64,000 nucleotides of DNA from Convolutriloba macropyga (GCF_964194025.1 NC_134474.1:65782001-65846000); one strand, 5' to 3'; numbered from the stretch's first letter, positions 9,428 through 19,300 are shown. Numbers and translations are program-made. Notes: a model not told the origin generated them from the letters alone.

Positions 9428-9712
9428 TTAAACGTAATCATTGAGACGATAGAGAAAATGTTTCAACTGAATTGTGATGTAAATATATAAAAAAATGAGA
9501 TAAGCTTCTAAACATAAAAAAGAAACAAACAACAGCGACAGCCAAAACACTGTCTCTTCACAGGAATTAATAACAGAAAGCATAAAAAAGGAGAATAAAT
9601 TCAAAATTAAGAAAAACGACAGAATTGAAATGAAGAATAACTGTGTAACGCTAGGACAAAATTTGTTCAACTTTCTCATTTTTGAAGCAACTTTTCTATG
9701 TTTTGTAGGCAA
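9428..9712 (-). CDS. Small two-TM membrane protein, probable paralog of 9164-9427 (first ATG at 9679)
   Basis: TQLFFISILSFFLIL...SCEETVFWLSLL parallels SQFFVILVILV...TCEETTVWIAIL; its stop directly abuts the next ATG. Confidence 0.6.
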   Translation of the reverse strand: MPTKHRKVASKMRKLNKFCPSVTQLFFISILSFFLILNLFSFFMLSVINSCEETVFWLSLLFVSFLCLEAYLIFLYIYITIQLKHFLYRLNDYV

Positions 9713-9787
9713 AAAAATGATTTTAAAAATTAATTAAAAGACAATATGATACATTACAATCAAAGTATATAAAAATTTTTACAAATA

Positions 9788-10255
9788 TTAAATTTTGTCA
9801 AAAAAATTAAGAACCCAAGTTCCATAAGCATAAGCTTTCTTCTCTGCACAGTGCAATGTTTTCTTGTGTCGGTAGGGGTAGTTACTACATTCCCAGATTG
9901 TATCTTCGTTGGAAATCAACTTAGAGGCTTTTGGACATCCAAAATCGTCCAAATTTTCCACATCCTTTCACAAATAATTGGATAGGATTTTACATTTCTC
10001 CAATCCTTTGGCAAAGTATTCGGTTGTAGGAGAACAATGTTTGATGAATTATGGTTGGAAGATCTGAGTAATCAACTTTTCCATTATTCCAGTTTATTCC
10101 ATGTAAATTCTTTGTGTCCACTTTGCTTGAAATGTTGGCTTGTAGTCATTCGGTGGGAGGAATGTATATCCTAACACAATTCCGTCCTTGAAAATTCCCA
10201 GCTCCTTGACAACTGTTCCCTCCAAGCACTCAATATCAAACACAACGAGAGTCAT
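9788..10255 (-). pseudogene. DEDD/DnaQ-exonuclease-like accessory gene with a 1-nt deletion (~10115) and an in-frame TGA (9968-9970)
   Basis: Reconstructed: MTLVVFDIECLEGTVVKELGIF...KW/TKNLHGINWNNGKVDYSDL...FAKGLEKCKIL...ENLDDFGCP...LHCAEKKAY. N-terminal hhhDxE motif plus HGI motif. The fold assignment is inference. Confidence 0.65.
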
Positions 10256-10286
10256 CCTCTTTTTAGCTGAGATAATTGACAAATGA

Positions 10287-10691
10287 TTAACAATCTAGTA
10301 TTTTAAAAATATGAGGATGACAAACTTTGATGTAGAGACAAAAGAATAATCCAGTTATATGACCTAGAAGACAGGAGCTGGGTAATTGCGGCAGCATGTA
10401 ACAATAACCTGGTCCTTCGTCTGTTGTTGTTTTCACAGCTCCAGCAGAATCATGTAAAATTGCATGTAGACGAAAAATTTTTGATCTAGCTAAGAAAAAG
10501 TCCAAAAGAGAGTTTCCATATCCAATTCTTCCTCCGTGAGGAAACTTTTGATCAATTTCGTCCAAATCGACATTTCGGTCCCAAATTTTACACGCTGCGA
10601 GAAAACAGTTTTTACGTTTTTCGTTCGTAGGGAACATTGAAAGTATGCTTCCGTAACAATTGAAAATGTTTACCAGAGTAACAATATTCAT
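10287..10691 (-). CDS. Accessory protein, possibly phospholipase A2-like (HD motif)
   Basis: GGRIGYGNS followed by HAILHDSAG resembles the GxGN loop and HD dyad of viral PLA2s. Likely ATG at 10691 overlaps the upstream stop (TAATG). Confidence 0.5.
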   Translation of the reverse strand: MNIVTLVNIFNCYGSILSMFPTNEKRKNCFLAACKIWDRNVDLDEIDQKFPHGGRIGYGNSLLDFFLARSKIFRLHAILHDSAGAVKTTTDEGPGYCYMLPQLPSSCLLGHITGLFFCLYIKVCHPHIFKILDC

Positions 10692-11098
10692 TAACTCTGA
10701 GTTGTTTCGTCCAAAATAATGCAAGTCTTTTTGTAATTTTCTATATAGGAAAGAAGTGTTGGTAGATGATCTACTAGATTTTTATACTCCTCTTTTTTCA
10801 AATCAATCTTTGTAAGAAAACTCCACTGATATCCGTTCCAGCGATGTTGAGAAATGGAAATTTCTTGTTTGTCGGAACGATATGTTAGAGTTGTTCTGCG
10901 CAGCCCATTATGAATAACCCACTTGAATTCAGAAATTTGGGACTCTACGTCTAAATTATCCAAATTGGGAAAATTTTGCGCTTCAAGAACTGTATATGAA
11001 TACCTTTTAAGCTCGTGATGTAACCTGACGTGAAAAACTTTTGATTTATCTCTGAGACTTAAGAAAATGTTTCTAGAGCATCCAATATCCCAACTCAT
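10691..11098 (-). CDS. Accessory protein, possibly PC4/whirly-like
   Basis: 135 aa; C-terminal beta-strands followed by IDLKKEEYKNLVDHL resemble the PC4 helix motif. Confidence 0.55.
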   Translation of the reverse strand: MSWDIGCSRNIFLSLRDKSKVFHVRLHHELKRYSYTVLEAQNFPNLDNLDVESQISEFKWVIHNGLRRTTLTYRSDKQEISISQHRWNGYQWSFLTKIDLKKEEYKNLVDHLPTLLSYIENYKKTCIILDETTQS

Positions 11099-11211
11099 TC
11101 TAAGAAGAAAAAAGTTTCAAATGAAAAAATGTTTACTGAAAGTCAAATACATATAATCACCAAATATTCATCATTCAATATAAAAAACATCATAATATTG
11201 CGCAGCAGTAG

Positions 11212-11811
11212 TTATTGAAATGTACATTGTTCAATATTAGAGAAGTCTTTAAGATTTTCAATGAGTTCCTTGAATTCTTCCATTTTATAGCTGACGTAAG
11301 TCACTTGCTTGAACTCATTGCTCTCTTTGCGACAAAATAGTCGGATCTGGACATAAACTGAAGCTGGATTGTCCTGAACGTACTGTATAAAGGTAACGTA
11401 GAGTCTTCGATTTTTTCCAATGCTGATCTCTCTTGCTTTGTGACATTGTTGCAGCACGTCTTCCATTTTTGGGTTCTTCTCAAATTGAGCTGGATTTTCT
11501 CGAATTTCCCAGTCTCCATTCAGCAGATCGTTCTTCAGAAGACAAAATTTCTTGAATTCGTAATCTCCAATTCTCAGTTGTTGGTACTTTTCAAATGTTC
11601 CACGTCTATCTTTTTTAAAGACTTGAAAAGTTGGTTCCGAGTAATTTTGTCCATTTCTAAATATTTGGGACACAGTAAATCTCCCAAATCTGTTTGGATG
11701 AGAACCAAAGTCAATATAAAATGGGACGGAATCAGTACCCAATTTAGGTTGTGAATCTGTAAACATTGATGGAGCGCTCGAGTAACAAGGAGATACTTTG
11801 GAGAGAGACAT
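11212..11811 (-). CDS. Accessory protein with two PC4-like (ssDNA-binding/coactivator) repeats
   Basis: SIGKNRRLYVT...VYVQIRLF...VSYKMEEFKELIENL aligns by eye with the PC4 core; a similar unit occupies the N-terminal half. Confidence 0.6.
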   Translation of the reverse strand: MSLSKVSPCYSSAPSMFTDSQPKLGTDSVPFYIDFGSHPNRFGRFTVSQIFRNGQNYSEPTFQVFKKDRRGTFEKYQQLRIGDYEFKKFCLLKNDLLNGDWEIRENPAQFEKNPKMEDVLQQCHKAREISIGKNRRLYVTFIQYVQDNPASVYVQIRLFCRKESNEFKQVTYVSYKMEEFKELIENLKDFSNIEQCTFQ

Positions 11812-11928
11812 TTACGTAACTTGAGTAAGCTGCGAGAAGTTGATTAAATGATTTGCTTAAAAAATTAAGGGCCTCTACAACGCAGAATTTCCTTTTATGC
11901 TAACGACATCATTGTTTTCGCACAATTT

Positions 11929-12310
11929 CCTAAAAAGGAAGAGAAAAATGTGTCTATTTAGAATTCTTCCTTAAAAGGATTTCTAATCAGAAATTTTCAA
12001 TAAAGAAAACTTTTGAATCATTATAGAAAAAGAGTCTTTGTGTTTAGCACGTCTGTGTTGCATTAGAGAGAAGTAGTGACGAAAATATTTTGAACAAGTA
12101 AAACATCGAAATTTATTAATCCGCTGTTTCTGGAATTGATTCATAGTTCAAATGAGATTTTATATTGCACATAACAATTTCATTAGTTTCCTTATTTGGA
12201 ATTTGAATTCCTTTATAATTTATAAGTTGATTTCCTTATTTGGAATTTGGTTTTATTTATAATAAATAAATTAGTTTCCTTATTTGGAATTTAAGTTCAA
12301 ATAAGGAAAT
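11929..12310. promoter_or_regulatory. Cluster of CArG boxes (CC[A/T]6GG) in a divergent promoter region
   Basis: CCTAAAAAGG at 11929, CCTTAAAAGG at 11969, CCTTATTTGG at 12190, 12234 and 12278 (44-bp spacing), plus an inverted partial copy at ~12298-12310. Confidence 0.6.
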
Positions 12311-12341
12311 CAATTTCTTTAGAACTAAATAATATTACAGA

Positions 12342-12938
12342 ATGGCAGCAGTTATGTGTCAGGTTTTACCACACTTTTACAAAAAATTCTGTGAAAAGGC
12401 GTTGTTTATATCTGTATCTGTCAAAGATTATAGACCATATATTCTTACAAGTGAATATGTTGTTGCTTCACACAACAGTTTCTGTCCCCTGAAAACCTGT
12501 CGATATCACATTGTTCTCATTTCTTTCTCCATCGGAGACTTGCTTCAAAAACTGGAAGATCTCTCCTATTTATATCAGACAGTTGATTGTTTATATACAT
12601 TATATAAACATCAATTTTTTGGCAATATTTTGGAAGAATCGGGACTTGTCTTTACTCAGTTAGACAGAGCAGTACAACACAATTATGAGAACAAATATGT
12701 TGAGAAGTTACCTAGTGTGTCTAAAAAAAGATTGAGTAGAAAGAAGTTCAAGAGACATCTACTGCGCGCTGAACAAAGAAATGTAAGCACACAAACAATG
12801 GGATCTTCTTTTCTGGACAGAATTCAATCTCTTAAAAACTCAAAATATGAGGGTGAATTGATAAAAATTGTTGACTGTTTGTTAGACGGCCATGGCTTAA
12901 TTGATAATTCTCTGTTATATCTTGAAATTAGAAAGTAA
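12342..12938 (+). CDS. Accessory protein of unknown function
   Basis: 198-aa ATG-initiated ORF followed by AATAAA; basic patch KKRLSRKKFKRH and motif RNVSTQT. Confidence 0.7.
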   Translation: MAAVMCQVLPHFYKKFCEKALFISVSVKDYRPYILTSEYVVASHNSFCPLKTCRYHIVLISFSIGDLLQKLEDLSYLYQTVDCLYTLYKHQFFGNILEESGLVFTQLDRAVQHNYENKYVEKLPSVSKKRLSRKKFKRHLLRAEQRNVSTQTMGSSFLDRIQSLKNSKYEGELIKIVDCLLDGHGLIDNSLLYLEIRK

Positions 12939-13067
12939 TAAATTTGTAATTGCATCACAATTATTTACATAGTATCAGTTTTATGTTTGGTTTAAAAATC
13001 AAGAAAATTCAATTTCTCTTTTTTTACAATCTTTTTCTTAAATGTTTAAATTGATACCTCTAATCTG

Positions 13068-13516
13068 TTAAATGTCAAGTTTTGTAACAAATTATTCTTT
13101 TAAAAGTCGAGTTTTCTTACAAAAATTTTTGTTAACTGTTGGGTTTTGGAACAATTTATTTTAATAAAAGTCGAGTTTTCTCAACGAAATTTTTGTTAAA
13201 TGTCGAGTTTTCATTCAATCTTTTTGTTTAAATATCAAAAAACAGTTTCCAATTGGATACAATAAAGCGCAAATTTTTTCCTGATTTTCACCAGTTTACG
13301 GTATAATTTAACGCAAAAAAGGAAGAGATTTTTAATTTGTAAAATGACAAGTTTTCTTTTTCTATAACAACTTAAAAATCGAGTTTTCATACAGGTTTTT
13401 TTCTTAGAAATCAAATTTCTGCTCAGTTTTTTTTCTTAAATATCAAATTTTTGATCAAAAACTTTTGTTAAATGTCGAGTTTTGATAATGCTATTTCCGT
13501 TAAATATCAAGTTTTG
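13068..13516 (+). repeat. Degenerate 32-bp-period array (core TTAAATGTCGAGTTTT), two blocks of six
   Basis: Cores at 13068, 13100, 13132, 13164, 13196, 13228 and at 13340, 13372, 13404, 13436, 13468, 13500. Confidence 0.85.
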
Positions 13517-13709
13517 TAACGAAGTTTCAAAATTCAAAATTTTGTTTGATTATATCCTTGTGAACTGGTTTAGAAAAGAAAGCTCACATGAGAAAAATTA
13601 TATTATAAAGAATGTTTAAATACATCACCAGGAAAATGTATAAATCAACATACAACTTTTCCGTTAAGAACGATTACAAATGAAGCCGCAAAATTGTACC
13701 AACTCGAAT

Positions 13710-14432
13710 CTATTCAAACAGAGTTCTCACAACATACTCTGGTAAGTTTTGAATCTCATTCCCAAAAGGTCTAGAACGTTCAAATATTACTGGAGGATCA
13801 GTTGGTTGAACGCTGATTGAAGTTGTTGAATTTTCATCAGTCAGCAAAATTGGATTGTGCGCCGTTCCATCCTCTATGGAAGGTGTTGTCATTGATGGAG
13901 TAGTCGACATATCAGTAGAACCATAGTACTGTGCCGGATCAAAGTTCTGCTGTTCATTTGCTGTCCAAGTGCTAATATCAACACTTAGCTCGCTCCCATC
14001 AAAGCTTGACACAGTTTGAAGCAAATTCCCTGACTCCTCCACTGAACTCAAAACTTGATTTACATCCGGGCTAGAGAACCAAGAGTTGGGAATTTGCCCT
14101 TCTTCCCAAGGGAAAGTATATTGAATGTTGCCAGCGACGTAGGTAGGTGGAAATTCTGTCCCAGCAACGTGGGGATAGTGGTGCCCACTAATAACAGCAA
14201 CCTCGTGTCCCATCGCTTGAGTTCCAAGCTGATTCTCCGTAATTGGAACCTGACCCTGATGATAGGTGTCGAACTGTTGTCGCTGGTGTTCAATAATATG
14301 CCACACAGTGATGGGTAAAGTCATTACAGTCTCATATAATCCGTTTGATAAGTCTTTAATACTTATCCGAGCAGTCTCCTCAGTGAAGGAAAATGAGTAC
14401 AGAAGACTGTTGTTTTGCAGAGTAAACTCCAT
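13710..14432 (-). CDS. Acidic Ser/Thr/Pro-rich accessory protein (probable ATG at 14432)
   Basis: Long ORF in an AT-rich context; acidic, likely disordered C-terminal two-thirds containing NPILLTDE. Confidence 0.7.
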   Translation of the reverse strand: MEFTLQNNSLLYSFSFTEETARISIKDLSNGLYETVMTLPITVWHIIEHQRQQFDTYHQGQVPITENQLGTQAMGHEVAVISGHHYPHVAGTEFPPTYVAGNIQYTFPWEEGQIPNSWFSSPDVNQVLSSVEESGNLLQTVSSFDGSELSVDISTWTANEQQNFDPAQYYGSTDMSTTPSMTTPSIEDGTAHNPILLTDENSTTSISVQPTDPPVIFERSRPFGNEIQNLPEYVVRTLFE

Positions 14433-14968
14433 TTTGTTCAGATGAGTTGATAGAAGTGGATTTTTTAGAAACAAAAGCAGTTTGTAAATGAACGTATTGA
14501 AAACTGTCAAGTAGAGAGTAAGTTAGAAAACAACAAATTTCACTTTATAGTAGGACAAAAAGAATATCTAAGTTAGAAACAGATAAACGTTACAACTGAA
14601 GTAAGATCTGTAGATAAGAAGAATGTGAATGTAGGAACTCAATTGTATAAAGTTTTGAAGAATAGTTAGCAGGACGATGAGGAACAGAGGTGAAATTAAT
14701 TTTGAAGAAATGAAAGAGAATGATGAAATCTAACTTTGTCGCTCCTATTTATAGTGAATTCCGTCCAATAAGAACAAAGTAACCAAAGAAGGAAATATTT
14801 TGTAGAAAAACTGACGTTAGTAACCGAAACAGGAAATTGAAATCATTTAATGTATCCGAATATGGAAGAAGTTGTTATAAAATGATGCTCGTATACGAAG
14901 CAGGAACATCAATGCGTGAATAGAAACCAAATATGGTTTTTGAATAATACATGTATCACATGATACGA

Positions 14969-15586
14969 CTACTTGTTTACTAAATAAGGATAGCTCATTG
15001 GGAACGAAGTGACATAATTTACCAAAAATGTTAAGCTCTGATAAATTTGTTCAACTTCGTTAAATTTTAAATCAATCTCGGAAAGTATTCCATTTTTGGA
15101 ACAGAACTTTTGCATATATATATTTGGGAGCCGAATTCCAAATCGAATTTTTACTCCTTCAGAATTGTAATCTGTATAATAATGAAAAAACAACGCGCTT
15201 TGTACAGATGAAGTGATTGCTATGGGGTCAGGAATTGGAATACAGTTCGCTTGTGCTAGATTTCTGTACTGTTCTAAAATTTCGGGAACAGAATTCAAAA
15301 TAAATAAAATTTCGTACTTGTTAATGTGTAGCTCTGACGATAAATCAAATGATTGTTTCGTTATATAATCATCATATTTGAATTTTTTAATGGAAAATGT
15401 TGCATATTCGAATCCTTTACTAAATCGGATTATTCTGTCATTTTGAACGCAAATGTCCAAGAAATTGTAGAAAAAATAGGAATCAACATCAATCTCGTCA
15501 ACTTTGTAAGCATCGGCAATTCCTTCTTTCCTCTTATATATTTTTTCCAACAACTGTAAATGATTTTTGATTAACATTTTTCGCAA
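14969..15586 (-). CDS. Accessory protein, possibly two divergent PC4-like repeats
   Basis: Two units of beta-strands plus helix: FSIKKF...LHINKYEILFILNSV and IYMQKF...IDLKFNEVEQIYQSL. Confidence 0.55.
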   Translation of the reverse strand: MRKMLIKNHLQLLEKIYKRKEGIADAYKVDEIDVDSYFFYNFLDICVQNDRIIRFSKGFEYATFSIKKFKYDDYITKQSFDLSSELHINKYEILFILNSVPEILEQYRNLAQANCIPIPDPIAITSSVQSALFFHYYTDYNSEGVKIRFGIRLPNIYMQKFCSKNGILSEIDLKFNEVEQIYQSLTFLVNYVTSFPMSYPYLVNK

Positions 15587-15813
15587 ATGAGCAAAATTTC
15601 ACGCAATACTCTGTTTATGTAAAAGAAAATTAAAATTAAGAAACAATTACACAAAATAAAATCGTTAATCTTCAGAAAAATTTCTTTAACACGCGATTTC
15701 GATTGTTTGAGAGGTTCCAAGACAATAACGTTAAGTTGTAAAGTAAATATTTGTTCGTGAAGTATGGATGAATATTTGTTTTCGACATCTTTAACATTGT
15801 TGTAAAAGCACAT
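15571..15813 (-). CDS. Small hypothetical protein
   Basis: 80-aa ATG ORF tightly overlapping the next gene; hydrophobic C-terminus; no recognisable motif. Confidence 0.35.
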   Translation of the reverse strand: MCFYNNVKDVENKYSSILHEQIFTLQLNVIVLEPLKQSKSRVKEIFLKINDFILCNCFLILIFFYINRVLREILLICEKC

Positions 15814-16194
15814 TCATGTGCTAATTTCAATTTTCAATAGGACTAGATTTGTTTGCAAGCACCGAATTCTGTCAATTGCGGATAGACACAAATTTGAATC
15901 ACAGAGTTTGTTAAGATTGGAACAATTTGTTTGAATTTGTTGTGAGTCTGTTTTTGGATTATGGCTGGATGAAATATGAAAACTTATATAAAATGTAAAA
16001 GAAATGATTAAGAAGATATATAAGAATGATTTGCTATTTTTGAGTTTACTCCAAGGAATGAATTCACATATTTAAAAAGAGTGTTCTTAATTATTAAAGG
16101 TATTTGTAAATGGAAGAATCTGATTGGTTTATTCATTATGTTCTAGAATGTTCGGTTATGACAACAAGCTTCTTAAAATGGAAATGATAAATTT

Positions 16195-16216
16195 CCATAT
16201 ATGGAGTGATGCGTCA
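16195..16216 (+). promoter_or_regulatory. CArG box plus CRE/AP-1-like site upstream of pPolB
   Basis: CCATATATGG-AGTGA-TGCGTCA, ending ~110 bp before the pPolB ATG at 16328. Confidence 0.5.
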
Positions 16217-16327
16217 TAGCTGCGTTCCCTAAATGTACAAAAATAATTTCTTTCATTCTCACTTTGTTATTGTCACAATTAGTTGCTCGTCACAATACCC
16301 GAATTTGTTTCATCTTGTACCAAAACA

Positions 16328-19300
16328 ATGCCTTCTCTCGATAGAAGTCTCCCAGTGAAATGCACAAAGTGCAACAAAATGGTGGTGAAGAAGAATATGG
16401 CAAGACACAAGCAGTCTTGTGATAGTGGGACTCTATTTTGTCCCAAATGTCCACATTTCAGTACAAAGAAGAAAGAAGACATGAATTACCACATTGGTAA
16501 GCATCACGCTCCTAAGGATACAAAGCTAAGCACTATGTGTACTGTATGCTTGGAGGAGTTTCCGAGTTTCTATTCTCTTCAACAACACAAGAGGAGAAAG
16601 CATGGAACTTCAACAAAAGTTGGAACAAAATCGAGTGAAAAGCTTAAAGAAGTTCTAGAATCAGAGGAGCTGGAAAAGGACAACGAGCAGCTACAACAAG
16701 AACTTAGTGCTTGCCAGCACTTTTTTGACGACACTGAGATGGAAAATGGAAGACATCAAGTGTTCAACTTCAAGCTGTCCAAGCTCGATCCTCATGAAAT
16801 TAATAAAAAGTTGAAAGAAGTATTCGAAAAACTCAACTGTGCAGCCAAAGTCAACTTAGCTCTAGGATTTATATAAAGAAATGTGGATACGGACGAGTAT
16901 CGATACTTCTACGCTCACGAGAACAACACTTTCTTCGAGAAATCTCATCTACTCTGTTCCAAAGGAGACTTAGTCTCTCTTCAGGACAGGATTGAAAAGA
17001 TGGATTTAGTGGAGACGTGTGCTCAGGAGCGGGAGAATACAAAATGGCGATTTGCTCTGACTACAAATGTAACAATATTTTGCGCTCTCCTAAAATCCAT
17101 TCCAATGGGATGTATCGATGCTGTTCTTCCTGAACAGTTACTCAGACGACCAGATGTGAATTGTCTCGTATCGAATGGCTATGGTGAGACTTACAAAGAT
17201 TATCTTTGCTTATTCCGAGCTATAGCTGTTCACTTATATGGATCATCGGAGCTTGAGATCAATGCAAAAAATTTGTTTAGTGTATTCCTCCACGAATCTG
17301 GACAAGACGCAATCAATTTCAGAGGGGTATCGATCGATCATCTTGTATTTGTTGAAAATGCGATAAAGCACAACATATTTATTTACGATATTGACATTGT
17401 AGATGGAGATTTTGTTGGTGAACTTGCGAGGAGAAGTATTGAAATGTATGAGAAAAATATTAATTTATTACGTTACAACAACCACATATGCTATGTAGAT
17501 GATATCAACACATTCTTTAAACGATTCCGTTGTCCCAGTTGCGATACGTTCATTCAGAAAGCGGGAAATTTCAACCGCCATGTTAAAACGTGTAAAGATA
17601 GAGTACAGCATATTTACCCAAAGAGTGTGTATACATTGCGCGAGACCTTATTTGATAAGCTTGACGGCTTTGGAATTTCCTACAACGAAGATCAAAAATT
17701 GTTCAAGAACTTGGCTATTTTTGACTTTGAATCGATATGTGTACCCTCCGACCAATTAAAAGATACAAACACAACCACTTGGATTGGAAAGCATGAACCA
17801 ATCTCTGTCTCTATTTCCTCCAATTTAATTGATGAACCTGTCTTCCTATGCGATAAAGATCCGAAAGCTCTCATTATATCTTTTGTTGAAGCTATTGAAG
17901 ACTTAGCAAACAAAAGTAAAACTGAAATGTGGACAAAGTTTTCCTCTATTGAAGCAGTAATCAGAGCACGAGTTAACGCAATTGGTGAAAATTTAATTAA
18001 AAGAAAAGATCAAAACGCTTCAACATTTGAGTGTGAAGATGAACGTACCGAAGATGATGAAGCTGATATGTCTACGCAATTTCTCCAAATGCAGAAAAAC
18101 CAGCTTTTGGACTTACAGCAGCACTTTGAGCGTTATGTGAACACTTTACCTGTGTTCGGATTCAATAGTGGAAAATATGATTTAAATCTCATTAAGTCCT
18201 ATCTCCTACCCTATCTTATTCATGAGCGCGACATTCAACCTACTGTTATTAAAAAAGCAAATCACTTTGTTTCTCTTAAGTTTGGTGATGTAAAATTTCT
18301 CGATATCCTCAACTTTCTCGGTGGAGCTACATCACTTGATTCTTTCCTTAAAGCATACAAGACAAATGAGACCAAAGGATTCTTCCCCTATGAGTGGTTT
18401 GACTCTCCCGAAAAGCTCGATGCAACTTTTCTCCCTCCTTACGACCGTTTCTTTAGCAAACTGAGAAACTATAATCCACTGGAGAAGGAATTTACTGATT
18501 TCACTAAATTGCTTAACAGTGGATTTTCTCAACAAGAGTCATTAAAAAAGTTGAGGTTGAAAAATGTTCCTCCATCTGGAATTGACAATTACAATTACCT
18601 GAAAGTGGTCTGGGAGCAAGAAAAAATGGCTACATTCAGAGATTTTGTCAAGTGGTACAACAACAAGGATGTTGTTCCAACACTGGAGGCAATGCAAAAA
18701 ATGATGGAGTTTTATCACAACAAGGGCATCGATATGTTAAAACTCGGATGTACACTTCCGAACTTGGCTAATATCTGTCTTCACAAGTCAACAAACCACA
18801 AGTTTTTTCCATTTGTTGAAGCTGACAAAGATTTACATGACAAAATACGTGAGGATATGACTGGTGGTCCATCTATTGTTTTTACTAGAAAAGCAGTAGT
18901 TGATCAGACCTTCATACGAAACTCTGAAAACCTTTGCAAGTCTATCGTAGGTATTGACGCTAGCCAACTCTATCCTTTTTCAATGTGTCAAGAAATGCCC
19001 ACTGGACTTTACACTCGATGGGAATTTGATACAGATTCTCAAAAATTCAGGGCTCGAACAAACAGATGTCGAACATTTGATAACATGGTTATGTCATATC
19101 TTCAATCACAACGTTCCGAATGTAAAATTGAGAGCTACTACACAACCGGAAAACAGAAGAAGATTGATTGTTTTAGCGTAGACGGATTTTGCACACATTG
19201 TAATACGGTGTTTGAAGCCATGGGTTGTTACTTTCATTTCTGTCCTTGTCAGGAAGCTAAAGCAAGTCTCTCGGAAGAGGAAACACAGAGAGGGATTAGA

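Noticed and set aside
13068-13516. Repeat-spacer array as CRISPR-like or as a repeat-protein gene
   Set aside because: Cores are degenerate, spacers are 16-nt low-complexity A/T tracts, the 32-bp period is not a codon multiple and there is no ORF.
16283-16876. Stand-alone zinc-finger gene
   Set aside because: In frame with pPolB across one TAA, and the downstream ORF lacks a nearby ATG start.
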